The translations under genes and the position numbers were made by a program. A stretch of DNA of 41,096 nucleotides from Abditibacteriaceae bacterium (GTDB taxonomy: Bacteria > Armatimonadota > Abditibacteriia > Abditibacteriales > Abditibacteriaceae), in the NCBI GenBank assembly GCA_031425655.1, contig JANPJS010000128.1:1-41096 (forward strand), written 5' to 3'. Each line of letters opens with the position of its first letter. The stretch's first letter is position 1. Positions 10,098 to 18,332 of this stretch are shown piece by piece. The notes beneath the pieces were generated by a model, which had not been told where the DNA came from, did no database searches, and saw only the letters and a program-made list of their open reading frames with translations.

Positions 10098-12119
10098 ATG
10101 AAAACGCAGTTAAAAATGTCGACTGGCCGGAAATGGCGCCTGCTCTTCGCCGTGCTGATGAGCTTCGGCCTAATGCTGTCTACTTCGGCGCACGCCGCGA
10201 CCTTCATTGTAGATCGCAGCGATGACGCTGCGGTTTCGGTTTGCAGCGCCGCGCCTGACGATTGCACTCTGCGCGGCGCCATTACTGCGGCCAACACCAA
10301 TGCCGGCACCGATGCCATTAACTTCGATGCCACTGTCTTTGCAACCCCGCAGATTATCTCGACGGTCAACGCACTGCCACACTTGATTGCCCCGGTCCGT
10401 ATCACCGGCCCCGGTGCGGCCCTGCTGACAGTAAAAGAAAGCGACGACAATCACAACTTCAATATGCTCTTTATAAACTATCATGTGAGAGTGGCTCTCA
10501 GTGGCCTAACTCTTAGTAATGGGAGCATCGGCATCCTCAACAGAGGCATTTTGATCGTCACCGACTGCATCCTCAGCGATAACAGGAGTTACGGCATCCT
10601 CAACGACACTATCGGCGATGGCACGATGACCTCGACGACCGCTACTAACTGCACCGTGAGTGGCAGCAGTTGGGGCATTATTAACAAGGGCATTCTGAGG
10701 ACTACTAACTGCACTTTGAGTGGGAACGGTGACGGCATCTACAACCAGAGCGGCACACTGACTGCCACCAACTGCACCGTGAGCGGCAACGTCATCGGCA
10801 TCGGCAACGGCGGCACGGCGATCATCACTAATTGCACCATAAACGACAATCTCACCAGCATCGGCAACAACCGCGACGGCACTCTAATCCTCACCAACTG
10901 CACTCTGAGCGGCAGCACCGTGAGCGGCCTTGATAACGTTGGCACCCTGACCGCTACCAACTGCACCGTGAGTGGCAATATCTGGGGCCTCCGCAGCTTG
11001 GTCGGCACAGTGGTCTTCACCCATTGCACCTTCAGCGGCAACACCACTTTCGGCCTCTATAACGACCCCGCCTATAGCGGCACGGTAACGCTCAGGAACA
11101 CTATCTGCGTTGACAATAATATCAATCTAAACGGCAGCTTTATTGATGGCGGCTACAATATTACAAATGGCACCGCAGCGCAGGTGGGCTTGGAAGTAGA
11201 TGGCAGCGGCAATCCGGTTTTAGCCGACAACGGCGGCCCGACCAAAACCATCAAACTGCTACCAGGTAGTCCTGCTTTGGATAAGGGGAACAGTTTCGGC
11301 ACTATCACCGATCAGCGTGGGCAGGCACGCCCCTTTGACGATTTGACTCTCACCAACGCCAGCGGCGGAGACGGCAGCGACATTGGCGCCTTTGAAGCCC
11401 AACCGACATTCACCGTCAACAACGCGCGCACTTTCAACGAAGGCAGCGCGGCTTCTCCCGGCTCGGCGACGTTCACCGTCGCTTTAAGTGGCGCCAACAC
11501 GCAAGCCGTGACGGTCACTTATCAAACCGCCAACGGCATCAATAATTCGGCAATTGCGGGCAGCGATTACGTCGCCAAAAGCGGTAAGCTCACCTTCGCG
11601 CCCGGCGAAACCAGCAAACGCGTGACGGTGAAATTCATTGGCGACAGTGTGTCCGAACTCAACGAAACCTTTTTTCTCGACTTGAAGACAGCGACCAATG
11701 CGACTCTTAATGATAGTCGCGGCGTTGGCACGATTCGCAACGACGATGGGCCAAGCATTACCATCGCCGACGCTGTGCCGGTTGACGAAGGCAAAAGCAC
11801 CGCTACCCCTCAAGCCTTCGTCGTGTTCCTGAGCGCGGCTTCGACCGACACCATTACCGTGAATTGGGCTACAGCCAATGGCACCGCTGGGCCGAACGAT
11901 TATATCGCGGCTGCGGGCACTTTAACCTTCGCGCCGGGCGAAACCAGCAAACTCATCATAGTGCAGATAAACGGCGACACCACGGTTGAGCCGGACGAAA
12001 CCTACGAAGTGAATCTGAGCAAGTCGGCTTATGCGGTTTTGGCCGATTCGCAAGCCATCGGCACGATTCGCAACGACGACGCGGCGCTGCTTTTTGAGAA
12101 CGGCGAGCCGAGCGAGTAG
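10098..12119 (+). CDS. Secreted CSLREA-like / right-handed beta-helix / choice-of-anchor-Q protein with two Calx-beta domains (paralogue 3)
   Basis: AGGAG RBS; signal peptide ending AHA; DCTLRGA; repeated T[ND]CT[VL]SG[NS] coils; DNGGPTKT...TDQRG...DIGAFE; two Calx-beta; ends LFENGEPSE. Confidence 0.9.
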   Translation: MKTQLKMSTGRKWRLLFAVLMSFGLMLSTSAHAATFIVDRSDDAAVSVCSAAPDDCTLRGAITAANTNAGTDAINFDATVFATPQIISTVNALPHLIAPVRITGPGAALLTVKESDDNHNFNMLFINYHVRVALSGLTLSNGSIGILNRGILIVTDCILSDNRSYGILNDTIGDGTMTSTTATNCTVSGSSWGIINKGILRTTNCTLSGNGDGIYNQSGTLTATNCTVSGNVIGIGNGGTAIITNCTINDNLTSIGNNRDGTLILTNCTLSGSTVSGLDNVGTLTATNCTVSGNIWGLRSLVGTVVFTHCTFSGNTTFGLYNDPAYSGTVTLRNTICVDNNINLNGSFIDGGYNITNGTAAQVGLEVDGSGNPVLADNGGPTKTIKLLPGSPALDKGNSFGTITDQRGQARPFDDLTLTNASGGDGSDIGAFEAQPTFTVNNARTFNEGSAASPGSATFTVALSGANTQAVTVTYQTANGINNSAIAGSDYVAKSGKLTFAPGETSKRVTVKFIGDSVSELNETFFLDLKTATNATLNDSRGVGTIRNDDGPSITIADAVPVDEGKSTATPQAFVVFLSAASTDTITVNWATANGTAGPNDYIAAAGTLTFAPGETSKLIIVQINGDTTVEPDETYEVNLSKSAYAVLADSQAIGTIRNDDAALLFENGEPSE

Positions 12120-12204
12120 CGTTGCATCTTGACCTTCCTGCTCATGCTGTTTTGGGTGAAGATAGAGACAACCAGCCGTAAGCCCGTCGTAAAAGGAGTG
12201 GACG

Positions 12205-14259
12205 ATGAAACTCAGAAATGTCGGAAATCGAGTGATGGCGGCCAGCGCCGCCCTGCTGCTTCTGGCAGCCGCGCCGCGCGCTTACGCCGGAACGGTGACC
12301 ACAAACGCCGATAGCGGTGCGGGCAGCCTGCGTTCCATTATCGCAGCCGCTGCTGCCGGTGAGACGATTAATTTCGCCTCGTCGGTGAGCGGCACGATTG
12401 CCTTAACCAGCGCGGAGTTGGTTATCAGCAAAAATCTCACGATCCTCGGCCCCGGCGCGACTCTTTTGGAAATCAGCGGCAGCAACGCGCGCCGCGTTTT
12501 CAGCATCTTTCCCGGCAGCGTTGTGACGATTTCCGGCCTTACCATCACCGAAGGGCTGGCCGTCAGTGGCGCCGGCATTTTCAACCGCGGCTCCCTGACG
12601 CTGTCCAACTGCGTGATTTTTAACAACCACACTGTCGGCGTCGGCGCGGGCGGCGGCGGCATTGCCAGCGACGGCAGCCTTTCCATGTCCGACTGCCTGG
12701 TTTATCTCAACGACGCTGCTGTCGGCGGCGCTATCAACATTGGAGCTTTTCCCGATGGCAGCGGGCCGGTTCAAATCACGCGCTGCTTTTTTCACAGCAA
12801 CAATGCCGGCATTGAAGGCGGAGCGATTCGCGCTTTTGGCGGCAATATAAGCATCAACGACAGCACCTTCACCGGAAACGGTGTTAACAGCTCCAGCGGC
12901 GATTTCAGTAGCTTTTCGGGAATTTTAGGCGGCGCCGCCCTGAGCCTCAGCGGCAGCGGCACGGCGGCCTTCACTAATTGCACCCTCAGCGGCAACGCCG
13001 TTTCCGCTTCGGCCTTGAAAGCCGGGGGCACTCTGGCAGGCGGCGCCATTGCCAATGCCGCCGGCACACTGATGCTGCACAACTGCACCCTCGCCGACAA
13101 TCAAGTGATCTCCACTTCTACCGTCACGACGATTCCAGCGCAGGGCGGCGGCATTTACAACAGCGCGACGGACGGCGCCACTGCGACATTGGGCAGCACT
13201 ATCGTCGCGCGCAACACGGCGACGACGGGGCCGGATTTTCGTGGGCCGGCCATCTCGCAAGGCTTCAATCTCATCGGCAGACGCGACGGCAGCACCGGCT
13301 TTACTCAAGCCACCGATCTCACCGGAACCGTGGCTGCGCCGCTCGCTCCCGGTCTGGACGCCGGACTCCAGGACAACGGCGGCCCGACGCCGACGATCCT
13401 TTTGCTGCCCGGCAGCCCGGCCATTGATAAAGGCAAGAGCTTCGGCACGACCACCGACCAGCGCGGTAAAACGCGGCCTTACAACAATTCCGCGATTGCC
13501 AATGCGGCGGGGGGCGACGGCAGCGACATCGGCGCCGTGGAAATTCAGCCGCCCGGCGTGGCCGTCAACAACCCGGCCTCGAAGAATGAAGGCCGTGAGG
13601 GTGCGTCCGGCAGCGTCATTTTCGCCGTCAATTTGTCGGCGCCAAGTCCGCAATCGGTGCTGGTGGATTTCAAAACGACCAACGGCACCGCGATAGCCGG
13701 CAGCGATTACGTTGCTAAAAGCGGCAGGCTCACCTTTGCGCCCGGCGAAACTCAAAAGCTCGTTTCGGTGCTGTTCAGCGGCGATACCGTGCCCGAAACC
13801 AACGAAACCCTGTTCTTCGACCTGACTTCGGCCACCAACGCGACTCTCGCGGACAGTCGCGGCGCGACTTCGGTGAAAAACGACGACGGGCCGGGCCTCA
13901 GCATTGATAATTCTCTGGTTGACGAGGGCAACAGCGGCAACACGCCGCAAAGCTTCATCGTGCGTTTGAGCGCGGCCTCAACCAACACCATCAAGGTGGA
14001 CTGGGCGACCGCTCCCGACACCGCCGGGCCAACCGATTTCGTTGCGGCTTCGGGCACGCTCACTTTTGCGCCGGGCCAGACCAGCAAAGTCATCACCGTT
14101 CAAGTCAAAGGCGATGTGCTGGTTGAGCCGACGGAGACCTATAAAGTCAACCTGAGCAAGCAAACTTTCTCGGTTTTGGCCGATGCTCAGGGCGTCGGCA
14201 CGATTCGCAACGACGATTCGAGGGCGCAAATCTTCGAGAACGACGAGCCGAGCGAGTAA
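12205..14259 (+). CDS. Secreted beta-helix / choice-of-anchor-Q protein with two Calx-beta domains (paralogue 4)
   Basis: AAGGAG RBS; signal peptide ending AYA; Cys-free DSGAGSLR variant; DNGGPTPT...TDQRG...DIGAVE; two Calx-beta; ends IFENDEPSE. Confidence 0.9.
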   Translation: MKLRNVGNRVMAASAALLLLAAAPRAYAGTVTTNADSGAGSLRSIIAAAAAGETINFASSVSGTIALTSAELVISKNLTILGPGATLLEISGSNARRVFSIFPGSVVTISGLTITEGLAVSGAGIFNRGSLTLSNCVIFNNHTVGVGAGGGGIASDGSLSMSDCLVYLNDAAVGGAINIGAFPDGSGPVQITRCFFHSNNAGIEGGAIRAFGGNISINDSTFTGNGVNSSSGDFSSFSGILGGAALSLSGSGTAAFTNCTLSGNAVSASALKAGGTLAGGAIANAAGTLMLHNCTLADNQVISTSTVTTIPAQGGGIYNSATDGATATLGSTIVARNTATTGPDFRGPAISQGFNLIGRRDGSTGFTQATDLTGTVAAPLAPGLDAGLQDNGGPTPTILLLPGSPAIDKGKSFGTTTDQRGKTRPYNNSAIANAAGGDGSDIGAVEIQPPGVAVNNPASKNEGREGASGSVIFAVNLSAPSPQSVLVDFKTTNGTAIAGSDYVAKSGRLTFAPGETQKLVSVLFSGDTVPETNETLFFDLTSATNATLADSRGATSVKNDDGPGLSIDNSLVDEGNSGNTPQSFIVRLSAASTNTIKVDWATAPDTAGPTDFVAASGTLTFAPGQTSKVITVQVKGDVLVEPTETYKVNLSKQTFSVLADAQGVGTIRNDDSRAQIFENDEPSE

Positions 14260-14273
14260 CCGCATAAACCGAG

Positions 14274-14308
14274 GGGCGTAACCTGCTTACGCCCACCTGC
14301 TTACGCCC
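14274..14308. repeat. Small hairpin and 14-bp tandem duplication
   Basis: acctgcttacgccc x2 (14281-14294, 14295-14308), preceded by complementary gggcgtaa. Confidence 0.65.
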
Positions 14309-14314
14309 GAAAGA

Positions 14315-14351
14315 AAAAGGCTGCATCGAGATTTTCTCGATGCAGCCTTTT
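14315..14351. terminator. Bidirectional intrinsic terminator
   Basis: Perfect 17-bp stem aaaaggctgcatcgaga-ttt-tctcgatgcagcctttt between convergent genes. Confidence 0.85.
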
Positions 14352-14392
14352 GTGCATTTGCGGGGTTTTTGTAAACGCACACCAGCAAGTCA

Positions 14393-14602
14393 TCAGGCGG
14401 CTTTGCGCTGCCGGGAACGGGTTTTTGCGGTTGTCGCTTCGGCGGTTTCGTTCAATACGGCTTCGACTCGCGGAAACAAAGACTCATTGTGTTCAAGAGC
14501 GCGAATGTTTCGCTCACGCACCCAGAGCATGGCCTTTTCGTGTTTGTCGGCTTTGCCGGATTTGTTTGCGGCAGAGCCTCGATTCGTTTGTTTCTTCGTC
14601 AC
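14393..14602 (-). CDS. Small basic hypothetical protein (69 aa)
   Basis: GTG start overlaps the upstream stop (GTGA); strong CAGGAGG RBS on the - strand at ~14610-14616; Lys/Arg-rich termini. Confidence 0.6.
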   Translation of the reverse strand: MTKKQTNRGSAANKSGKADKHEKAMLWVRERNIRALEHNESLFPRVEAVLNETAEATTAKTRSRQRKAA

Positions 14603-15144
14603 AGTTGAACCTCCTGAAAACGCACAGCGTAAGTTTGAGCCATTTTTTCGTTGACGGCACGCAATAAATCGAAAAGCTCAACTTCTGAAATTTCGCGTAA
14701 CGCCTGCCTGAGCGAGAGATGGCTTACCGATGACCTCATCAAAAGCTGCTTTTGCTCGAACAGAAAGACGACCGCTGCCGAAATTCGATGCGGATTTCTC
14801 GTCTGAGCGGTGCGCTCCATCTCAAAAACGCGCGTTTCGCACACCGTTAAGTAGCGCGACACGGCAGAGAAACTCACCATGTTCGCCCAATCGCTTTCGC
14901 TGGGCGGACTATCAACGGGATGCGAATGCAGATAAGTCACACGCTGCCCTTCGCGCTCGGCTTCTCGGATTTTTTTCTCTGGAAAATCCACTTCGTAAGG
15001 CGTGTCGTCGTGCGCCTCGCAAAAGTTAAGCAATAGGCCTGTGCCCTCGTCCATCAGATAGCCTGCTTCCTTGATTCCAGACTGCGCCCGTTGACTTAAC
15101 TCGGTTATGAGAATCTGTTCGGCATCGCTGCCCCGAAACGTCAT
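14599..15144 (-). CDS. JAB/MPN+ (JAMM)-motif protein (181 aa)
   Basis: Start moved to ATG 15144, which overlaps the PGM stop (ATGA). N-terminal Glu (KEAGYL) and YLHSHPVDSPPSESD, i.e. HxH-x6-S-x2-D. Confidence 0.7.
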   Translation of the reverse strand: MTFRGSDAEQILITELSQRAQSGIKEAGYLMDEGTGLLLNFCEAHDDTPYEVDFPEKKIREAEREGQRVTYLHSHPVDSPPSESDWANMVSFSAVSRYLTVCETRVFEMERTAQTRNPHRISAAVVFLFEQKQLLMRSSVSHLSLRQALREISEVELFDLLRAVNEKMAQTYAVRFQEVQL

Positions 15145-16541
15145 CCCGCCAAGCCCTGCGCGGCTTTTTGCAATTCCGTTAGGCGTTTTTTGGTGCGCGC
15201 TTCCATGTAAACGCGCACCAAAGGCTCGGTTCCCGATGCGCGCATCAGCAGCCACGAATCGTCGGCGAGTTTGAGTTTCACGCCGTCTAAAGTCACGACT
15301 TGCGCCACTTTGCTGCCCGCGACTTCGCCCGGCGCATCGTTTTGCATCTTGTTCATCAGCGCGTCTTTGGCTTCGGTTGTTAAATGCAAGTCAATGCGCG
15401 TCGAATGCCACGAGCCGAATTTGCGAAGCAGCTTTTGATAAACCTGTCCGAGCGGCGCGCGATGCACGGCCCAGATTTCGGCGGCTAATAAATCGGCGAG
15501 AATGCCGTCTTTGCCCGGCGTGTGGCCTTGAATGCTCATGCCGCCCGATTCCTCGCCGCCTAAAATCGCGCCTTGTTCTTCGATGGCATCGCCCAGCCAT
15601 TTAAAGCCGACGGCGGTTTCAATGACGCCCTGACCGTATTTCGCGGCGATGTCGTCGAGCAAATGCGTCGTCGCAACGGTGCGCGCGATGGGGCCGCGTA
15701 AGCCGCGGTATTCCAGCAAATGCACATAAATAAGAGCCAAAACCTGATTCGGCATGAGATAGTTGCCTTCGCTGTCTACGATGCCGAAACGGTCGGCGTC
15801 CGGGTCGTTGGCGAGGCCCAAGTCGGCTTTTTTGGCGTTGACGGCTTCCTGCAACGTGATGTGGCACTTCGGATTGGCCGGGTCGGGCAGCATCCCCGCG
15901 AACATTGGGTCGGGATTGGCCCTTATCGTCGTGACTTTCCAGCCGCAGTCGCGCAAAATCGCATCGAGATAATCGCGCCCGACGCCGTGAACGCAATCGC
16001 ACACGGCTTTGCCTTTCGCCTTTTTCAGCAAGTCGAAATCAACGACGCGCTTTAATTGTTCGACGAAAGCCGGGCGCGGATCGTATTCCGTAATAGTTGC
16101 GGCGGGCACGGCTTTGGCTTTCTTGCCGAGCAAGGCTTCGACGGCGTTGGTTGTTTCTTTGTCCGCTGGGCCGCCGTTGGGCTTGAAGAACTTGAATCCG
16201 TTGTATTTCGGCGGATTGTGCGAGGCCGTGATGATAATGCCGGTCGCCAGATTTTGGCTGCGCGTCGTCCACGCGACGGCAGGCGTCGGCGCATCGCGGT
16301 TGGCAAGCTGCACCGGAATTCCCGCTGCGGCGATGACTTCAGCCGTGGCGCGGGCGAATTCTGCGGACAAAAAGCGCGTGTCGTAGCCAATGGCGATGCC
16401 GTTCGGCGCTTTGTCGGGTTCGTTTTGCTTGAGATATTCGGCCAGCGCAGCGGCTAAAACGCGCACGTTGGCGAAGGTGTAATCTTCGGCGATGGTGGCG
16501 CGCCAGCCATCGGTGCCGAATTTAATCGGAGAAGGTGCCAT
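15141..16541 (-). CDS. Phosphoglucomutase/phosphomannomutase family protein
   Basis: FGTDGWR, TASHNP (catalytic Ser), DPDADR metal loop, GEESGG, RASGTEP; AGGAG RBS. Confidence 0.95.
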   Translation of the reverse strand: MAPSPIKFGTDGWRATIAEDYTFANVRVLAAALAEYLKQNEPDKAPNGIAIGYDTRFLSAEFARATAEVIAAAGIPVQLANRDAPTPAVAWTTRSQNLATGIIITASHNPPKYNGFKFFKPNGGPADKETTNAVEALLGKKAKAVPAATITEYDPRPAFVEQLKRVVDFDLLKKAKGKAVCDCVHGVGRDYLDAILRDCGWKVTTIRANPDPMFAGMLPDPANPKCHITLQEAVNAKKADLGLANDPDADRFGIVDSEGNYLMPNQVLALIYVHLLEYRGLRGPIARTVATTHLLDDIAAKYGQGVIETAVGFKWLGDAIEEQGAILGGEESGGMSIQGHTPGKDGILADLLAAEIWAVHRAPLGQVYQKLLRKFGSWHSTRIDLHLTTEAKDALMNKMQNDAPGEVAGSKVAQVVTLDGVKLKLADDSWLLMRASGTEPLVRVYMEARTKKRLTELQKAAQGLAG

Positions 16542-16589
16542 GTCGAAATTGCTCCTGACGGATTTTGCGACACGGCTATTTTAGCACGA

Positions 16590-18329
16590 CTAATTGCTTA
16601 AAACCCATTGCTCTGGATTTGTATAAAGGAAATCGTGCGGCACGAATTTTCGGCCCGGCAATTCCAGCGGTGTCTGGTTCTTAAAGCGTTGTGGGACAAG
16701 CGGAAAGGGCAAATTCCCAGATGAGGCATCACTATACCAGTCAATCAATTCTGCAGAATATCCATAGACGCGTATACGTTGTTCTTCTCGATACTCAAAC
16801 TCGTTAGCAACGAATAATCCCCCGCGTGACATCTCTAATGCTTTGTTGTGATCGAGTCCAACCACTCCAAATTTAAACCTTCCGTCCGGCGAAACGCCGC
16901 TTTTCACTTTCTGCGGCGGCGGATAATCCTGCGGCCATAGCGGAGGCGTATAAAACCACGGTTGGTTAATCAGCGCGATTGTCACCGGTTTCGTGACTTT
17001 CGATTTCAAATATGCCGCTGCCTGATCGCGCGGGTCGGGCACGCAAAACGGGTAGAGCACGTTCGTCGCGCCGATGAAAACGAGCAGCGAAAGCGCGCCC
17101 GCGACGAAGTTTTTCGCCCCGCGCGGCAACGCGGTAAGGGCGAACGCGGCGGCGAGGCATAGAACGGGCACAAGCGGCAGATTGTAGCGCATGAAGCGCA
17201 CCTGCGAGAGGCCGAGCGTGAGAAAATAGAGGCCCGCGAACGCCAAAAGCGGCAGCCAGAGCTTGTTTTTCGAGCGCACCACGACGAATAATCCAGCGAT
17301 GGCGGCAATCGTCAGCGGTGCGGTCAGCGCGAAGGGCAAATTAAAAGTCAGATGATACAGCCAGCCGTTGCCGGTGTTCAAGAAAATATCGCCCTGCCCC
17401 TGACGCGGATGAACCAAAAGTTCGTAAAGCAAGCCGCTGTCGGTGCGATTACCGAGAAACTCCTGTGGGCTGAGAACGCTGAACGGGCAACCGAGAACAA
17501 AGGCGACAGTCGCCACAATTATCGCGCCAAGCGTGCGTAGAATTTGCTTGTCGAAACCGCCGAACCACAGCGCGCACAGCGGCGCGATGACAACGAGGCC
17601 GGCGTTATATTTCGTCGCAGCGGCGAGGCCGGCGAGGAAGGCGGAGATGAGGAGCGCGCTTGTCTCCCCTCTCCCCGCCGTTTGGGGAGAGGCGGGTGCC
17701 CTCTGGGCGGGTGGGGTGAGGGCTTTAAGTGCGAAAAACAGCGACCACACCACGAAAAACGTCGCCGGCACATCTACGGTTGCGAAGTGTGAATGCTGAA
17801 CATGACCCGGCAGGGCGGCCATCAAGAATGCGGCGCATAGAGGCCAGCGGGCGGGGCTGACGCCCTCTTCCAAACTGGGAGATTCAGAGGCCCGTTTGGA
17901 AGAGGGCGATAGCCCCGCTATCCTTTGCCCAATCAAAAACACCGCCGGAATCGTCGCGGCGCCGAGTAAGGCGCAAACGATTCGCCCGCTTAAAATCACG
18001 TCATGCAGCGGCGGCCACGGCGTGCCGTTCGGCGGCGTGCCGAATCCGAGAATGGTTTGAATTAAATACGCAAAATACGTCAGGTAAATGAACAGCGACG
18101 GGTAGTTGAAAAAGTGCGGGTTGAAATCGTTGGCGACGTTGGAAACGGCAAGGGCGATTTGCCGCTCGTCGGGATGATAAGAATACCAATGCTCGGCGTT
18201 TGGTAAGCCCCATGTCAGGCCGGGTAAGCGCAGGGCGAGAGCCAAAATTAAAAATGCAAAATGCAAAATTAAAAAACGCCGCGTCGAAGAGGAATCCTCT
18301 TTTTGCATTTTTAATTTTGCATTTTGCAT
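16590..18329 (-). CDS. Membrane glycosyltransferase, GT39/ArnT (PMT-like); start uncertain
   Basis: GLP....HPDE, NPHFFNYPSLF, HSHFATVD, GLAAATKYN, RY.LPLVP; many TM helices; contains repeat-derived inserts. Confidence 0.85.
   Translation of the reverse strand: MQNAKLKMQKEDSSSTRRFLILHFAFLILALALRLPGLTWGLPNAEHWYSYHPDERQIALAVSNVANDFNPHFFNYPSLFIYLTYFAYLIQTILGFGTPPNGTPWPPLHDVILSGRIVCALLGAATIPAVFLIGQRIAGLSPSSKRASESPSLEEGVSPARWPLCAAFLMAALPGHVQHSHFATVDVPATFFVVWSLFFALKALTPPAQRAPASPQTAGRGETSALLISAFLAGLAAATKYNAGLVVIAPLCALWFGGFDKQILRTLGAIIVATVAFVLGCPFSVLSPQEFLGNRTDSGLLYELLVHPRQGQGDIFLNTGNGWLYHLTFNLPFALTAPLTIAAIAGLFVVVRSKNKLWLPLLAFAGLYFLTLGLSQVRFMRYNLPLVPVLCLAAAFALTALPRGAKNFVAGALSLLVFIGATNVLYPFCVPDPRDQAAAYLKSKVTKPVTIALINQPWFYTPPLWPQDYPPPQKVKSGVSPDGRFKFGVVGLDHNKALEMSRGGLFVANEFEYREEQRIRVYGYSAELIDWYSDASSGNLPFPLVPQRFKNQTPLELPGRKFVPHDFLYTNPEQWVLSN
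17664..17722. repeat. REP-like palindrome inside the GT39 coding sequence
   Basis: ctcccctctccccgccgtttggggagaggc-gggtgccctctgggc-gggtggggtgaggg; hairpin cctctcccc...ggggagagg; translates as LTPPAQRAPASPQTAGRGE. Confidence 0.75.
17851..17918. repeat. Second palindrome inside the GT39 coding sequence
   Basis: gcggggct-ga-cgccctcttccaaac ... gtttggaagagggcg-at-agccccgc (8 + 15 bp complementary arms); translates as AGLSPSSKRASESPSLEEGVSPA. Confidence 0.8.
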
Positions 18330-18332
18330 TTT
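18244..18332. repeat. Heptamer inverted array overlapping the GT39 N-terminus
   Basis: aaaattaaaaatgcaaaatgcaaaattaaaa ... tttttgcatttttaattttgcattttgcatttt. Confidence 0.85.

Noticed and set aside
5092..14259. Diversity-generating retroelement acting on the adhesins
   Set aside because: No reverse transcriptase in the window, and differences between repeats are not adenine-specific.
14393..15144. CBASS/ubiquitin-like or RadC system around the JAB gene
   Set aside because: No cyclase, E1/E2, ThiS/MoaD-like gene or RadC HhH region is present.
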